NCBI GenBank assembly: GCA_009914755.4
Contig: CP086569.2
Location: 15,616,001-15,680,000 of the forward strand
Source: the human T2T-CHM13v2.0 reference genome, Homo sapiens
DNA length: 64,000 nucleotides
Direction of reading: 5' to 3'
Below the pieces are notes generated by a model. The model searched no databases, was not told where the DNA came from, and was given only the letters and a program-made list of their open reading frames with translations. The translations under genes were made by a program, and so were the position numbers. Positions 63,001-64,000 of the stretch are shown piece by piece. Each line of letters begins with the position of its first letter. Positions within the stretch are counted from its first letter, which is position 1.

Positions 63001-64000
63001 CTGAATAGACCAATAAAAAGTTCTGAAGTTGAGGCAGTAATTACTAGCCTACCAACCAAAAACGGCACAGAATCAGGCAGATTCACAGTCGAATTCTACC
63101 AGAGGTACAAAGGGTAGCTGGTACCACTACTTCTAAAACTATTACAAACAATAGAAAAAGAGGGATTCATCCCTAACTCATTATATGAGGCCAGCATCAT
63201 CCTGATATTAAATCCTGACAGAGACACAACAAAAAAATAAAAATAGAATTTCAGGCCAATATCCCTGATGAACATCGATGCAAAAATCATTAATTAAAAT
63301 ACTGGCAAACCGAATCCAGCAGCCCTTTACAAAGCTTATCCATGATGATCAAGTCTGGTTCATCCCTGAGATGCAAGGCTGATTTAACAAGGGCAAATCA
63401 ATAACATAATCCATTGCATAAACAGAACCAAAGACAAAAACCACATGATATCTCTATAGATGCAGAAAAGGCCTTCGGTAAAAATTCAACATCCTTTTAT
63501 GCTAAAAATTCTCAAAAAATTAGGTATTGATGGAATATATCTCAAAATATTAAGAGATATTTATGACAAACCCACACCCAATATCATACTGAATGGGCAA
63601 AAGATGGAAGCATTTCATTTGATAACTGGCACAAGACAAAGATGCCCTCTCTCAAAACTCCTATTCAACATAATATTGGAAGTTCTGGCCATGGCAATCA
63701 AGCAAGAGAAAGAAATAAAGGATATTCAAATAGGAAGAGAGGAAGTCAAATTGTCTCTGTTTGCAGATGACATGATTGTATATTTAGAAAAACCCATCAT
63801 CTGAGCCCCAAATCTCCTTAAGCCAATAAGTAACTTCAGCAAAGTCTGAGGATACAAAATCAATGTGCAAAAAATCACAAACATTCCTGCACACCAATTG
63901 TAGACAAACAGAGAGCCAAATCATGAGTGAACTCCCATTCACAATTGCTGCAAAGGGAATAAAATACCTGGGAATAAAACTTAAAAGGGATGTGAAGGAC
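60045..64000 (+). mobile_element. L1 (L1PA-like), 5'-truncated, continuing beyond the window end. The 5' UTR runs about 60045-61195. A degraded ORF1 (no ATG, several stops) runs about 61195-62205. ORF2 runs from about 62275 onward and carries an internal deletion of about 650 bp of the endonuclease domain at about 62480.
   Basis: The 5' UTR reads cctcacctgggaagagaaaggggtcagggaactcc...ctcctcaagtgggtccctgacccccaggcc...cacctcacacaggagagatc. ORF1 reads cagaatgcctcttcttctccaaaggatcacaacttctcaccagcaagagaacaaaactggatggagaatgagtttgatgaactg...ttcaccaaggttgaaatgaaggaagtaatgttaagggcagccagagagaaagtctgggttactcaaaaagggaagcccatcagac. ORF2 reads caggatcagattcacagataactatattaaccttaaatgtaaacaggctaaatgccccaactaagatacacagactggcaaattggataaaaaatcaagacctatccggtgtgctatattcaggagacccatctcatgagcaaagataacatataggctcacaataaagggatggaggaaa|ccaatgagaatgctgacacaatgtaccagaatctctgatctctgggacacaactaaagcattgtatagagggaaatttataccactaaat. 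Track ORF 63460..63804 reads ...[45 protein letters not shown], which is the L1 reverse-transcriptase FADDM motif region. Stops and frameshifts show it is inactive. Confidence 0.9.

Overview
This window is primate, almost certainly human or great-ape, genomic DNA. It is a repeat-dense stretch of a very large intron and carries one internal coding exon of a neuroligin-4 gene, NLGN4X or its Y-linked paralogue NLGN4Y. The taxon call rests on about 30 Alu SINEs, several with the diagnostic AluY sequence and intact target-site duplications, plus L1, MIR, ERVL/MaLR LTR and hAT/Tigger DNA-transposon relics. The exon lies at 13751-13903 on the + strand and is 153 nt. It has a polypyrimidine tract and AG acceptor (...ttggctttttttccag|AT) and a consensus donor (CTAG|gtaagt). 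It encodes [51 protein letters not shown](G), the carboxylesterase/cholinesterase-fold segment that begins the neuroligin esterase-like domain, and it matches the NLGN4 paralogues rather than NLGN1/2/3. I found no other convincing protein-coding exon, no RNA gene, no CRISPR array and no prokaryotic-style operon or defence system. This is eukaryotic intronic DNA, so the premise of a novel biological system is not supported. The points most worth a second look are listed below.
- A young AluY with a perfect 14-bp target-site duplication sits 200 bp upstream of the exon's acceptor.
- An ~835-bp element is bounded by ~195-bp terminal inverted repeats (22398-23233).
- A full-length ERVL-MaLR (THE1/MST-like) element has both LTRs and flanking direct repeats (25857-27552).
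- An AluY is nested inside an older Alu, which is itself inside an L1M.
- An L1 3' end carries an inverted segment consistent with twin priming.
- A 5'-truncated L1PA-like element (60045 to the window end) has an internal deletion that removes most of the ORF2 endonuclease region.
- A pair of ~200-bp direct repeats lies ~1 kb apart.
- Several long microsatellites and AT-rich tandem arrays are present.
All coordinates for repeats are approximate to about ±10 bp, because they were read by eye against remembered consensus sequences.
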